DNA of 60,446 nucleotides, taken from an uncultured virus (IMG/VR IMGVR_UViG_3300022921_000005). Lineage: Duplodnaviria; Heunggongvirae; Uroviricota; Caudoviricetes. Positions 9,483-19,266 of the stretch are shown here, piece after piece; position 1 is the stretch's first letter; every line of letters begins with the position of its first letter. A model generated the notes under the pieces. The model saw only the letters and a program-made list of their open reading frames with translations, had not been told where the DNA came from and ran no database searches. Made by a program: the position numbers and the translations under genes. The stretch lies in IMG/VR virus record IMGVR_UViG_3300022921_000005. One strand, given 5' to 3'.

Positions 9483-10417
9483 TCAATAATTGTTCTCGTA
9501 ATATATTTACCTTCTTCTGCTTCACTTACTAAGATTGACATGTTTTTCAATTCATCAAACCAGTTGTCGCCGTGATCTTTCTTGAGTCGTTTCATTACAG
9601 ACATATCAGTGCTATCATCACACTTTGAGCAAGGTGCAATTAAGTCTCTTCGAGCATTTTGTAGTGCTTTTCTTATAAATTTTAGCTTTTCATCGTTCGC
9701 ATACATATCGAACAATCTTCTTTCATGTATGTTTCCTATCGTAACTTGATTGAGCCAGTCGTTGCAACACATCTGATAATCGCCATCATAGTTAATGAAT
9801 ATCTGCGTGTGTGGATGTGTACATAGCAAGGCTTGAGATTGATTACTAAAAAATCCAGCTCTGTTATTGAATGAATGTTTCCATTGAAATCCATCAGGTA
9901 AAGGATTTGCCTTATCTTCATAAGACATCTTGTTTATCTCTTCGATTGGAGTGCCATCTGGCTTATATTCGTTCTGAACATATTGGTCGTTTGGTAGTTT
10001 CTCATACTTCTCACAACGTTCTTTATATTCTTCTTCGCTGTCATAGCTGTTTAAAATCAACCAATCAAGTTTAGGTGAAACAGAATCCCACCATTTTTCA
10101 ATTGAGAATCCATTGGTTGTAAGTCTGAGTTTCCATGTCTTCTGAGGATGATCGGCGATCATAGAAACAATCATCTCAAAGTGTTTATGCAAAGTTGGCT
10201 CACCACGTCCAGCGAGTTCTATCCATCCATTGTATCCATACTTGACGCACTGTTTAAGTACTTCTGCAACAGTGTCCAGTGACATTTCTTTTTTCATGTT
10301 AGGATATATGATGTCATCAACACGAGGACAAAAAGAGCATGTGCGATTGCACTGTGCTGTAATATCTAAATCTATTCTATAGCACGAGTCCACAATCTGT
10401 TTCATTCTTTTATTCAT
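9479..10417 (-). CDS. Radical SAM protein with SPASM/twitch domain
   Basis: CNRTCSFC (CX3CX2C), GRGEPTLH, TTNG, C-terminal C.HP...I..DG...CC.D...GN...C..C. Confidence 0.9.
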   Translation of the reverse strand: MNKRMKQIVDSCYRIDLDITAQCNRTCSFCPRVDDIIYPNMKKEMSLDTVAEVLKQCVKYGYNGWIELAGRGEPTLHKHFEMIVSMIADHPQKTWKLRLTTNGFSIEKWWDSVSPKLDWLILNSYDSEEEYKERCEKYEKLPNDQYVQNEYKPDGTPIEEINKMSYEDKANPLPDGFQWKHSFNNRAGFFSNQSQALLCTHPHTQIFINYDGDYQMCCNDWLNQVTIGNIHERRLFDMYANDEKLKFIRKALQNARRDLIAPCSKCDDSTDMSVMKRLKKDHGDNWFDELKNMSILVSEAEEGKYITRTIIE

Positions 10418-10851
10418 ATATCGTTCATCCTGAATTTCTCAAAATCAATTGCAGACTTAATGTGAAAGCCTCTATTCGCTAGAGTCTTGATGATAGATTC
10501 GAGAACATTTAGTTTTTCTTGTTGATATGCCAACTTGAGATTGAGCGCAATGATATCACTGTCAGCATCAATATAATTAGCAACATCTGTTTTAATAATC
10601 TTGCCTTTTGCTGGTAGCTTCCAGCCTTTGGCTATGTGTTCTTCAGTTGGTCCATCCATATAAAATTCTTGCTTGTCAAGTCTCAATGTCTTCATGTCTG
10701 CTTCCATCTTTCGTAAAAGCAAACGTTCTCTGGAGAATATCTCGTAGTATTTATGATGCAGTTTTGCGATGCTTAGAGCAGAATTGCCTAACTGCGTGGG
10801 ATCAATTTCTGCGTCTTCTTTCCATAATGCAAATATTTCATCAAGTGTCAT
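10414..10851 (-). CDS. uvsY: Recombination mediator UvsY
   Basis: W..DA.ID...LH.KY...YIDAD.D...RGF.IK.AIDF.KF; synteny with gp3/uvsW. Confidence 0.92.
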   Translation of the reverse strand: MTLDEIFALWKEDAEIDPTQLGNSALSIAKLHHKYYEIFSRERLLLRKMEADMKTLRLDKQEFYMDGPTEEHIAKGWKLPAKGKIIKTDVANYIDADSDIIALNLKLAYQQEKLNVLESIIKTLANRGFHIKSAIDFEKFRMNDI

Positions 10852-10854
10852 TAT

Positions 10855-11475
10855 TTACTCTCTCATTTTAAGTTGGAATGCTATGCTTAGTCTTCCTTGT
10901 GTATTCATTTTCTCTGGCGGAACAGCTTTGTGAAACATGTTTGATGGAAATAAAACAAACGAACCAGGACTAGGATAAGCATAATGTGCAAGATATCTTG
11001 GATCGTCTTCGAATATCATTGTGCCTGATCCATGATTATGATTCCATACTGGATTCAAAAAAGTTATAGCAGTAAAACGTGCGCTTTTTGAATCTGTATG
11101 CGCAGTGCTATAATCGCCATAAAAGAACCAATTCGTTAAAGTATAATGAATATCTAAGTGAATGTCAAGTTTTTTGCTTGACCAATCAATAATATTTCGG
11201 CCTACCTTATGAATAACTTGAGTAACACTAACTGGCTGTTCATCAAACATGCATAGATTTTTGAATCCGTATTCGCTGTCGCGAATCAGTTCATTTTCTC
11301 TTTCAGATCCAGATGTGCCAGCTGGCCTGAATGTGCCATTCTTTGTTATTTCATCAAAAAAATATTTACATTCATCCTCTGACCAGAAATCAAAAACACT
11401 GTATATTCTGTTTTCATCTTGTGAGTTTTTTCTCTTGACAAAGACTTTCTTTACAATTGGATTCTGATTAGGCAT
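10855..11475 (-). CDS. 2OG-Fe(II) oxygenase (prolyl-4-hydroxylase-like)
   Basis: HTD...FLNP.W...G.GT...VLFPS..FH....P.....R.SIAF. Confidence 0.85.
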   Translation of the reverse strand: MPNQNPIVKKVFVKRKNSQDENRIYSVFDFWSEDECKYFFDEITKNGTFRPAGTSGSERENELIRDSEYGFKNLCMFDEQPVSVTQVIHKVGRNIIDWSSKKLDIHLDIHYTLTNWFFYGDYSTAHTDSKSARFTAITFLNPVWNHNHGSGTMIFEDDPRYLAHYAYPSPGSFVLFPSNMFHKAVPPEKMNTQGRLSIAFQLKMRE

Positions 11476-11981
11476 TATACTGGCGTGAATGTATAGTTCT
11501 TAAATTTAAAAGTAACGCTTGCTTCGATGTATTCAATCGCGGAATCTCTTGTGTCTAGAGTGATATCCGTTAATCCAACAGGAAACATATCTTTGAAATC
11601 AATACGAACAAGAGGATTCATTGAACTAGATAGAATCATTACGTTGCCGTCTGAATACAATCCATCGCCAGAATATGATGGATTGTTTGCTAAGTCGCTG
11701 TATTGTTTGAACTCATCAGGAAAGCCAAGTCCTGTGATCCAATTGAACATTGCAATGTAGTTGCTCAAGTCCTCATTGATCTTAAACGTTAGCTGAATGT
11801 CTCCATATATGATATGATCGCCAGCACGAGGAATAGTTTTGAATGGTGTTGGTTGTTCGTAAGCACCGACTTGTATGCCAGGGACATTGATGCTCTGAAC
11901 AAAGAAGTTAAGATCAGGCGCTCTAAGTATGTTGAAGTTAAAGCCTACAGGCGATAACATGTTCTTATTAAATTCTGCCAT
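11475..11981 (-). CDS. gp3: Tail completion/tube terminator protein
   Basis: N.LSPVGF.F...P...FF.QS.N.PGI...F..NED..NY..M.NW...F.D.FP..L; position after gp23. Confidence 0.92.
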   Translation of the reverse strand: MAEFNKNMLSPVGFNFNILRAPDLNFFVQSINVPGIQVGAYEQPTPFKTIPRAGDHIIYGDIQLTFKINEDLSNYIAMFNWITGLGFPDEFKQYSDLANNPSYSGDGLYSDGNVMILSSSMNPLVRIDFKDMFPVGLTDITLDTRDSAIEYIEASVTFKFKNYTFTPV

Positions 11982-12034
11982 TATCTGCTCTCAGTGATTA
12001 GTGTTAGTATAGTATTTATCTGTTTCACAATTGA

Positions 12035-12063
12035 ATTATACACAGGACAATACTTTCTGTCAA
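12035..12063 (-). promoter_or_regulatory. Perfect-consensus sigma70 promoter for gp3-uvsY-uvsW-gp55
   Basis: Minus strand TTGACA GAAAGTATTGTCCTGTG TATAAT (17-nt spacer). Confidence 0.85.
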
Positions 12064-12065
12064 GC

Positions 12066-12090
12066 AAAAAAAAGCGGCCCGAAGGCCGCT
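12066..12090 (-). terminator. Rho-independent terminator after gp23 with CUUCGG tetraloop
   Basis: Minus strand AGCGGC-C-TTCG-G-GCCGCT followed by a T-run; T4-typical UUCG hairpin. Confidence 0.92.
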
Positions 12091-12126
12091 CTAAATTAGT
12101 CAGGGTTGGTGCCCTGCTTCTTTTTA

Positions 12127-13473
12127 TTATAGCAAGTTTTGTACGATAGTACGACGGTAGTAGACGTTAGAGTCTTCAGTCAGCGCACCAGATGTAGCAC
12201 CCGCACCAGCGTGGAAAGGATTAGCGACCATGCCGTAGCGAGTCTTAAAGCCAATCTTAGGCTGGAAAGTGTCTTGATCAACCGCACGAACCATTTGCAG
12301 AGGTACGTATGGGCAGTAGAACAAGCCAGCGTCAAATGCGTTTGCACCCTTGTAACCGATAGTCATGTAGTTACCAGTTGTATAAGGATCGATGTAAACG
12401 CGATAACGACCGTTCAGTACACCAGCGAAGGTGTTACCAGTGTCGTCTACTTGCAAGTTGTTGCTGTTCAGAGCAGGAGTGTAATCAAGTACGCCAGCCA
12501 TCTGAAGAGCAGATGCTACGTCAGAAGAACAGATGATTACGTTACCCTTGCCTCTACGAGTTGCTTTTGCAATCGCGTTGGCTTCACGCTCGATGTGGAA
12601 CATCAAACCCTTGTACTTTTCAACAGACCAACGACCGTTGGCGTCAACGTCAAGGTTGAAGATACCAGTTGCGGCAGTACCAGTTGCAGAACCTTTAACA
12701 GCAGTAACGTTAATGGTACGAACAACTTCACGGTTGATTTCAGCAAGAATTTCAGCCGCAAGAATGTTGCTCAATTCTGCTTCTGCGTCAAGACCATGAA
12801 CTGCTTTCAAGTCTTGAGCCAACTCAAGGCTGTAGTCAGCCTTCAGCGCACGAGTGCCAGCAGTAACAGTTACTTTGTCGATGCTGAATGCCATCTCGCC
12901 GAACTCGTTACCAGAAGAACCCAGTGATTCAGCAGTAGCAGTAGCCATTGCGTCACCGTAGTTATAGGTATTACCGGCTGCAATTGCCGCAACATCAGTA
13001 CCGAAGTCAGTACCAACGTGTTGATCACCAACTGCGTTAGTAGTACCAACTTTAGTTGAGAATGCAGTGTCAGCTTCGTTGAAGAATGCTTCGTCACCAG
13101 CTTGGTTCGCATAGCGAGACTTCATAGCGAAGATCAAGCCAGTAGGACCAGTCATGGGCTGAACGCCACATACGTCATATGCCATCAAGTTAGGCATTGC
13201 ACGACGGACAAGTGAGATCAGAATAGGATCGAAGCCCTGGATAGGACCTGTAGAACCTGAACCCATACCCTGTGCGCCAATAGCGTTAGTAGGTACGGCT
13301 TCTGAAAGAAGATTCTGTGAAGCACCCATCTCTGCGTTTTCACGAAGAGCGCGTTCGGTGTTTTCAAGAACCATTGCAGTTACGGCGCGGCGATGCGTAT
13401 CTTGGATCTCAGGAAGATCAGGATGCGAAATAACCGGCGCCCATTTGTTTTGAATTTGCTCATTTAAATTCAT
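12127..13473 (-). CDS. gp23: Major capsid protein
   Basis: DPILISLVRRAMPNL.AYD.CGVQPMTGPTGLIFAM; ELAQDLKAVHGLDAE; YCPYVPLQMVR; GFKTRYG. Confidence 0.99.
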   Translation of the reverse strand: MNLNEQIQNKWAPVISHPDLPEIQDTHRRAVTAMVLENTERALRENAEMGASQNLLSEAVPTNAIGAQGMGSGSTGPIQGFDPILISLVRRAMPNLMAYDVCGVQPMTGPTGLIFAMKSRYANQAGDEAFFNEADTAFSTKVGTTNAVGDQHVGTDFGTDVAAIAAGNTYNYGDAMATATAESLGSSGNEFGEMAFSIDKVTVTAGTRALKADYSLELAQDLKAVHGLDAEAELSNILAAEILAEINREVVRTINVTAVKGSATGTAATGIFNLDVDANGRWSVEKYKGLMFHIEREANAIAKATRRGKGNVIICSSDVASALQMAGVLDYTPALNSNNLQVDDTGNTFAGVLNGRYRVYIDPYTTGNYMTIGYKGANAFDAGLFYCPYVPLQMVRAVDQDTFQPKIGFKTRYGMVANPFHAGAGATSGALTEDSNVYYRRTIVQNLL

Positions 13474-13515
13474 ATTAGTAACACTCCTATTTGGTATAGT
13501 TTGGGCTTTACGTTA

Positions 13516-13523
13516 TATTTATA
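13516..13523 (-). promoter_or_regulatory. T4-type late promoter (gp23)
   Basis: TATAAATA on minus strand upstream of gp23. Confidence 0.85.
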
Positions 13524-13528
13524 TAAAA

Positions 13529-14557
13529 TTATTTTCTAACAGTGCTAGAAATCGCATTGAAGTAAGGCTTCATTTCTGCCGATATCTTTGAAGTTTCTTC
13601 AGGTGCATCATTCGAGCCAACTGATTCTTCTTCTGTGATTAAACCGGTAGTAGGTGCTTCCTTACTAGATTCAGAGAAATATTGATTGCGAATAATATTC
13701 AACTTCTCTCTATATTCTTCCTGAGAAGAAAATTCTACGCTTTCAGACAGTGAGCGAAGTTTTTCAACTTGCGTCTCAACAAGACCTTCAGCAACTTCAT
13801 CGAAAGCAGACTCTCGTTGTGCATCTACAATCTCACTACGGAGTTGAACATTGTTTGCTTCAACAGATTCAAGAGACTCTTCAAGTGAAGCAATCTTCTC
13901 TTCCATCTCTGCAACAAGATCAATCTTTTCTTCGGGAACTTCTACGTAGTTCTCAGCAAAAAGACCTTTCAGACCTTCGATAAAGTTTTCTGTGACAGCG
14001 ACACGATAGTTATTTTCGATAGCGACAGAATTTTCTTCCATCCACTTCTCAACTACGTAGTCCATGTAGTCATTGACTTGCTTGTGCATTTCGTCAATAG
14101 ACTCAGATACTTGCTCTTCTACTTTAGCTTCAAACTCTTCTTCGATACGAGCAACTTCAAGAACAACACGGTTCTGGACAGCGGCTTCGAAAAGAGTAGA
14201 GGCTTTTGATTTGAAATCTTCTGACAGATCATCTTGCTCGCCGAACAATGCATCAACGTCTTCTTTCATAGCGCCTGTAGCACCACCAGTGGTAGGACTA
14301 GGCTTAGAAGAACCGCTGTTTGCTACTGTGCCTTGATTCTTAGATGAATTGTCAACCGTAGGCTCATTGCCTACTTGTGCTAGTGTTTTGGTAAGAAAAG
14401 AAGACAGGTCTTCGATACTCATATGTGCCATAGCCGCGTTAACTTTCTGCATCATTTCAGATTTGCTAGATTTGGCTTTAACAGTATCGGAGGCGGCAGA
14501 CTCTTCAACTGTCTGCTCTACGACTTCTTCAACGTTGTTTTTAATTTCTTCAGTCAT
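13529..14557 (-). CDS. gp22: Prohead core scaffold protein
   Basis: Acidic; LSEDFK.KA.TLFEAAV, DYVVE.W.EEN, FIEGLK.LF.E.YV.VPEEK; position. Confidence 0.95.
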   Translation of the reverse strand: MTEEIKNNVEEVVEQTVEESAASDTVKAKSSKSEMMQKVNAAMAHMSIEDLSSFLTKTLAQVGNEPTVDNSSKNQGTVANSGSSKPSPTTGGATGAMKEDVDALFGEQDDLSEDFKSKASTLFEAAVQNRVVLEVARIEEEFEAKVEEQVSESIDEMHKQVNDYMDYVVEKWMEENSVAIENNYRVAVTENFIEGLKGLFAENYVEVPEEKIDLVAEMEEKIASLEESLESVEANNVQLRSEIVDAQRESAFDEVAEGLVETQVEKLRSLSESVEFSSQEEYREKLNIIRNQYFSESSKEAPTTGLITEEESVGSNDAPEETSKISAEMKPYFNAISSTVRK

Positions 14558-14597
14558 TACAGTATGCTCCTGTTAAACTTGTATTTGATCTAATTAC

Positions 14598-14605
14598 TAT
14601 TTATA
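14598..14605 (-). promoter_or_regulatory. T4-type late promoter (gp22)
   Basis: TATAAATA on minus strand. Confidence 0.8.
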
Positions 14606-14612
14606 TAAATCG

Positions 14613-15290
14613 TTATTTTAAAGGCTTTCCGCACAAATCTTTCATGAATCGCTCAAAAAGTTGAAACTTCAACGCTTCATTCAATTTATGGTTGCGAACA
14701 TTCTTTTCAACTTCTCGTTGCATTTCTTCTATTGATCTTTGAACGACTTTGCCATGATCCCATACCCACTCGACTCCTTCCATGATACCATTAACAAAAG
14801 CATCAGGTGCAGATGGATCAGCAACAATGTCAGCCGCAGTGGCAAGATAGAAGTCTTCTTGTACTTCCATAACGCCATCTTTGCCTTCTTTCAATGAACC
14901 CATGCCTCGAGAAGACACGCCTAGATTTGCGCCGTCTTCAATAAGACCAGCCGCGATTTGTCCCATAGGTGTAGAAGAAATTTTTGCTTTGCCTATCCAG
15001 TTATCACCATCTCTTCGCAATTCAGTGATGATGTGTGATACACGATCTAGATTAATGCTTGGACCATTAGGATGACCTAATTCGCCATACGCACGGCCTT
15101 TCTCTACAGTTTCTTTCATGTAGCGATTTACTTCACGCTCCATGATATCAGAACTATATCTACGACCATTGCGGTTTGGAATATTTGCCTGCAAGAAAAC
15201 ACCTTCAATGAAAAGACTTTTCTTACCAGTTTCTTTTGACTCTTCGATGAGTACCTTTACTTTTTCTGTAACTTCTGTAATAAGTTTCAT
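14613..15290 (-). CDS. gp21: Prohead core protease
   Basis: IEGVFLQ...NRNGRRY, GELGHP, GVSSRG.GSL, DIVADPSAPDAFV.GIME. Confidence 0.97.
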   Translation of the reverse strand: MKLITEVTEKVKVLIEESKETGKKSLFIEGVFLQANIPNRNGRRYSSDIMEREVNRYMKETVEKGRAYGELGHPNGPSINLDRVSHIITELRRDGDNWIGKAKISSTPMGQIAAGLIEDGANLGVSSRGMGSLKEGKDGVMEVQEDFYLATAADIVADPSAPDAFVNGIMEGVEWVWDHGKVVQRSIEEMQREVEKNVRNHKLNEALKFQLFERFMKDLCGKPLK

Positions 15291-15300
15291 GTTAGTGCCT

Positions 15301-15552
15301 TTAGTCTAAGTGTGTAAATGCAACAGATGTAGCTAGAACCGCAACATTAGCGCCGATATATTCAGTCGGTTTCTTTTCAAAATAAGAAATCGCTCCAGCT
15401 GGAACAGTACAAGAACCAAGAGGAGTTGTACCGTCTGTGTCATATCTAGTTATTACTGCCGCAAGTGCCGCATAAACTCTTACTTGTACAGCGCCATTCA
15501 GTGTAGATGCCGCTGTTAATGTTGATTCGGCTGAAAGTAATTTAAGTCCCAT
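15301..15552 (-). CDS. Small hypothetical (probable virion) protein
   Basis: ORF in head module; A..VRV...EK.PTE pattern. Confidence 0.65.
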   Translation of the reverse strand: MGLKLLSAESTLTAASTLNGAVQVRVYAALAAVITRYDTDGTTPLGSCTVPAGAISYFEKKPTEYIGANVAVLATSVAFTHLD

Positions 15553-15582
15553 GTTCTTATTCCGTTATTGTATTATCTTTAT

Positions 15583-16863
15583 TTATGTTACTTCTTGCCA
15601 GTTAAATGCGGCAGCCATTGACGCAGAAGAAGCGTCAGTTCTAGCGACAAGAGTATAAGTGGTTGCTGTTCCTGCTTCTGCATCGCGTTCTAATTGCAAG
15701 TCAAATAACGAACCACCAAATTCTAATCCCAATGATGCTTGGTTTGTAATCTCTGCTACGTTACCACCAAGAACTTCACCGCCTGTATATGCTGTAGCGG
15801 CAATATCATATTCGACTGACGAATTACTATTAACAGGATTAAAATCTGAATTAGTTAGAGTTGCACCTTTTACAACAAGCAATTCATATAGTCCTGCCGC
15901 ATCACCTGTTGCCGTCACGCCTTGAATCACCGCAATCGCATCAAGTCGTGTTGACTTCAATCGAATCGACATTAATGGTACAAGTGTGGTGTCAACTGAT
16001 TTTCTACTGAGTCCTCGTGAAGCATAACCACCAGCTCCGCGAAATTCGTAACCGCCTTCAGAAATCACAGAAGAACAGATTTGTTTTAATGTTGCCGCAC
16101 TGCCTACGGATGTATTCTCTATCTCGTAACGCAACGGCAATATTGCTGTGGTCATGTAAACGCTGTCGATAAGATTAGCATGATTGAATGTATGACAATG
16201 TACGAACACACCGTCAATTACAAAACCACACCGAACTGAACCGACACCCAACCACTCAATATCCATCCAGAATATCTGTGCTTTTGTGATATCTAAAGTT
16301 TTCTTGGACGAACCATTTCCGTCCATGATATCAGAGTTCCAATTTGTTTGCTCTACTCTCGTATCTACAGCAGAACCACTAATATAACTTCTTCTTACAA
16401 AATAAATTCCATCATCGTCTTGTTCTAAGAAGATACCATTTTCGTCATTATAATATCCAACTCTTTGACGTAAACCAGTTGATTGTGTCGCCATAACTAG
16501 CGTGTTGAATATCTGTAATGACTTTCCTGGCTGATATGCAAAAACTCTTTTGCTTTCTCTTATTACTTTTGATCCATTTGTACCATCAACATTCAATGAA
16601 ACTGTAGAAGCATTTGTGTCAAAGGATGTATTGGCACCAGAAGTTAAATCTTCGCTAAACTTCCCATTGTCCTCATAACGATTGTATGAGTCAAAAAGTG
16701 TGAGTGGTGAAGACTGTCTCGCTCGACCAAACGCATCAACGGCAGTACCAGTTGGATTGCCTCCAGAAACTGGACTGCCATCGACATCTGCAAGCATAAC
16801 AACTTCAAAGAGTGTTTTATTGTCTTGCAGATATTGGTTTGTATCTTTACGAAACTGTGCCAT
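15583..16863 (-). CDS. Putative virion structural protein (beta-rich)
   Basis: DAFGR.R.S.P.TLFDS, F.YQPGKS, DIEWLGVGSVRCGF motifs seen in T4-like marine phage head-region proteins. Confidence 0.65.
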   Translation of the reverse strand: MAQFRKDTNQYLQDNKTLFEVVMLADVDGSPVSGGNPTGTAVDAFGRARQSSPLTLFDSYNRYEDNGKFSEDLTSGANTSFDTNASTVSLNVDGTNGSKVIRESKRVFAYQPGKSLQIFNTLVMATQSTGLRQRVGYYNDENGIFLEQDDDGIYFVRRSYISGSAVDTRVEQTNWNSDIMDGNGSSKKTLDITKAQIFWMDIEWLGVGSVRCGFVIDGVFVHCHTFNHANLIDSVYMTTAILPLRYEIENTSVGSAATLKQICSSVISEGGYEFRGAGGYASRGLSRKSVDTTLVPLMSIRLKSTRLDAIAVIQGVTATGDAAGLYELLVVKGATLTNSDFNPVNSNSSVEYDIAATAYTGGEVLGGNVAEITNQASLGLEFGGSLFDLQLERDAEAGTATTYTLVARTDASSASMAAAFNWQEVT

Positions 16864-16866
16864 AGA

Positions 16867-17427
16867 TTATTCTGACTTGCTCGCTTTCTTCATTTTAGGA
16901 TCGACATCAATATCACCGTCATCTTCTTCTGCATCATCGCCGTCATCATCACACTCGCATTCTTCGCAACCACACTCTTCGCATTTTTCTTCGAAAAGAT
17001 TTGACACAAACTCAGCATATGCTTCTTCATCATTCATCATTTCATCAAGCATCTTTCTTTCATCTTCAGATGCTTCTTCGTAGAATTCTTGCATTGCTTC
17101 ATCAATCATTGAAACGAGTTTGCTAGGAGAAGATTCTTCGAGTGTGTTTAAAACGTATTCGATTTGATCTTCAGAGAGTTCAGTAGAGGAGAGAACAGAT
17201 GCGATGTCGGCAACTGAATAATAACCTTCGTATACTTCTTCGTCTTCGCCAGGAGCGTAGCCTTTTTTCTTTCTCGATGCCATCTTAGCTTTATCTTGAA
17301 TAGCATCGTGTTCTTTTTTACCAGGAGCATCAGTAACTTTAACATTCTCGGTGTGCTTATCAGCAAAGTCTTGTTCGTCTCCGCTTCTAGCTTTATATTT
17401 TTCCAATATATTTTTTAAGTTAGACAT
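16867..17427 (-). CDS. Acidic prohead-region protein (gp68 position)
   Basis: Highly acidic ORF immediately after gp67; synteny only. Confidence 0.6.
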   Translation of the reverse strand: MSNLKNILEKYKARSGDEQDFADKHTENVKVTDAPGKKEHDAIQDKAKMASRKKKGYAPGEDEEVYEGYYSVADIASVLSSTELSEDQIEYVLNTLEESSPSKLVSMIDEAMQEFYEEASEDERKMLDEMMNDEEAYAEFVSNLFEEKCEECGCEECECDDDGDDAEEDDGDIDVDPKMKKASKSE

Positions 17428-17597
17428 TACTCAGCTTCCTCTGTCTCTGGGTTAAAAATTTGTTGTGCAATCTCTTCTTTCTTTTGTGCAAGAGCCGCGT
17501 CAATTTTTGGCTCGATTGCCGCCGAGAATGCTTTAACTGCCGCGACAGGCTTATCACTTACTGTCGCACTAATAAAATCTGTTACGTCATCGTTCAT
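17427..17597 (-). CDS. gp67: Prohead core protein, 56 aa (not in ORF track)
   Basis: Manual translation MNDDVTDFISATVSDKPVAAVKAFSAAIEPKIDAALAQKKEEIAQQIFNPETEEAE; ATGA overlap with gp20 stop; gp67-like F...I..K...AL...K.EIA pattern. Confidence 0.8.
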   Translation of the reverse strand: MNDDVTDFISATVSDKPVAAVKAFSAAIEPKIDAALAQKKEEIAQQIFNPETEEAE

Positions 17598-19225
17598 TTT
17601 TCTTCTCCATCACTAGGCACTAATTTATAAACTGGCGCAGTTTGAGGTGTCTCAGTATTCTGATCATCTCGATCATCTCTTTCTTTACTGTCGCCGCCAA
17701 AATCCATATCATCTTCACTGTATCTTTGATCATTTTTTTCTGCTTGAATTTCTTTGTCAATCATTTTCATATCATTTTCAGTTTGCTGAAGTATGAACTT
17801 TCTGACATAATCATGTGAATAATATTTACCAACATATTCATCCATGTCTCGCATCAATGCAACTCTATCTCGCATGATCTCCATTGATTTGAGTTCTTCG
17901 AAATAGTTATCAATTGCATATTTATACTCGATTTCATTCTTCCATTCGCGCCACTCTTCTGGTGTGCAGATGCCTTTTAGAATGAGTTGTCTTTCAAGCA
18001 CTGAAGTGAATAACTCACTAAACTTATTTCTTATTCTTGTAATAAATTTAGAAAACTTTACTTCATCTCTACTAATTTCTGTTGCTCTACCGAGCGTAAA
18101 TGTTGAATCGGGCTGTAATCTTGTTGACGGAACATTCAAAGACTTGTATAATAGATTCTGGAAGTATACAATATCTTCAATATCACCTAAGTTTTGACCA
18201 CCTGGAAGTGTCGTGATTTCTGTTCCTCTGCCACCTTCTCTTCTAGGTAGCCAGAAGTCTTCGAGCATTGTCATGAATTTACGATCATCACGAATTTCTC
18301 CAGTAGATGAATCATACACGACTTTGTTCTTAAACTTTGTCATTAAGTCTGCCAAGTATTGTTCTGCTTTCGCTTTTGGCAAACCACCGACATCAACATA
18401 AAAAATTCTGCGCTCTGGCGCTCTTGAAATACGATAGATTACAAGAGAGTCTTCCATCGAACGCAATTGATTTAGCGGTCTAATTGACTTGTGTAGATAA
18501 GACAATATTAAATTATTATCTGCGTTTTGATATCCGCTCGTACAATATACGACAGAATCTTTCGCAATCTTAATACCTTCAGTAGATTGTCCTGCGGATG
18601 AACCGTAAGTATTTACTACTGAACCTGAACGCTTTAAAAACCCAGCTGGATTATAAAGATAATATTCGCCAACTGTTTTCTCAATTGTTACACCTTCTTT
18701 GTTTTTTTCTTTCTTTACTTCTTTTATTTTCTTGATGTTTCGTGGATCAACGTAACGAATCTCGATGATGCCATTTTTAGGCTTAGACTCATCGATTATT
18801 ACATGGTAATATAATCTACCATCAACGTACCAGCGTTTGAAAATTTCATAGCTGTAACGATTGAATTCCAGCAGATTCAACACCTGCTGGAATTCTTCAT
18901 CAATTTTTTTCTTGATACCTGCCGAAACACTCAAATCATCTAGCAGAATAGATATAGTCTCTTCTTCGCTATCTTCAACAATTGCCTCGTTGACAATATC
19001 AGATATTGCCAAATCGATGACGGGATCAAGTGAAATTGCTCTATACTTGTTAACAAGCTCCGCCTCAGTGCGAACTGAGCCGTCTAGATCAACATACGTG
19101 CCATAAACTCCACCTGCCGTTACGACAAGTGAACCGTCATCGTTAGAAGGAGGAGCGAAAGATACTATTTTCTTCTCTTCGCGCTCCTCTCTCTTACGAG
19201 TTATTTCAAAACCAAATAAATCCAT
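17594..19225 (-). CDS. gp20: Portal vertex protein
   Basis: WYVDGRLYYH, IYRISRAPERRIFYVDVG.LPK.KAEQYL, EDFWLPRREGGRGTEITTLPGGQNLG. Confidence 0.99.
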   Translation of the reverse strand: MDLFGFEITRKREEREEKKIVSFAPPSNDDGSLVVTAGGVYGTYVDLDGSVRTEAELVNKYRAISLDPVIDLAISDIVNEAIVEDSEEETISILLDDLSVSAGIKKKIDEEFQQVLNLLEFNRYSYEIFKRWYVDGRLYYHVIIDESKPKNGIIEIRYVDPRNIKKIKEVKKEKNKEGVTIEKTVGEYYLYNPAGFLKRSGSVVNTYGSSAGQSTEGIKIAKDSVVYCTSGYQNADNNLILSYLHKSIRPLNQLRSMEDSLVIYRISRAPERRIFYVDVGGLPKAKAEQYLADLMTKFKNKVVYDSSTGEIRDDRKFMTMLEDFWLPRREGGRGTEITTLPGGQNLGDIEDIVYFQNLLYKSLNVPSTRLQPDSTFTLGRATEISRDEVKFSKFITRIRNKFSELFTSVLERQLILKGICTPEEWREWKNEIEYKYAIDNYFEELKSMEIMRDRVALMRDMDEYVGKYYSHDYVRKFILQQTENDMKMIDKEIQAEKNDQRYSEDDMDFGGDSKERDDRDDQNTETPQTAPVYKLVPSDGEEK

Positions 19226-19266
19226 AAAGTAAACTCCTGTTTAGTAACTGATATTATTTATCAGTC

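Noticed and set aside
12139..12927. 262-aa + strand ORF
   Set aside because: Antisense to gp23; explained by strong codon bias of a highly expressed gene
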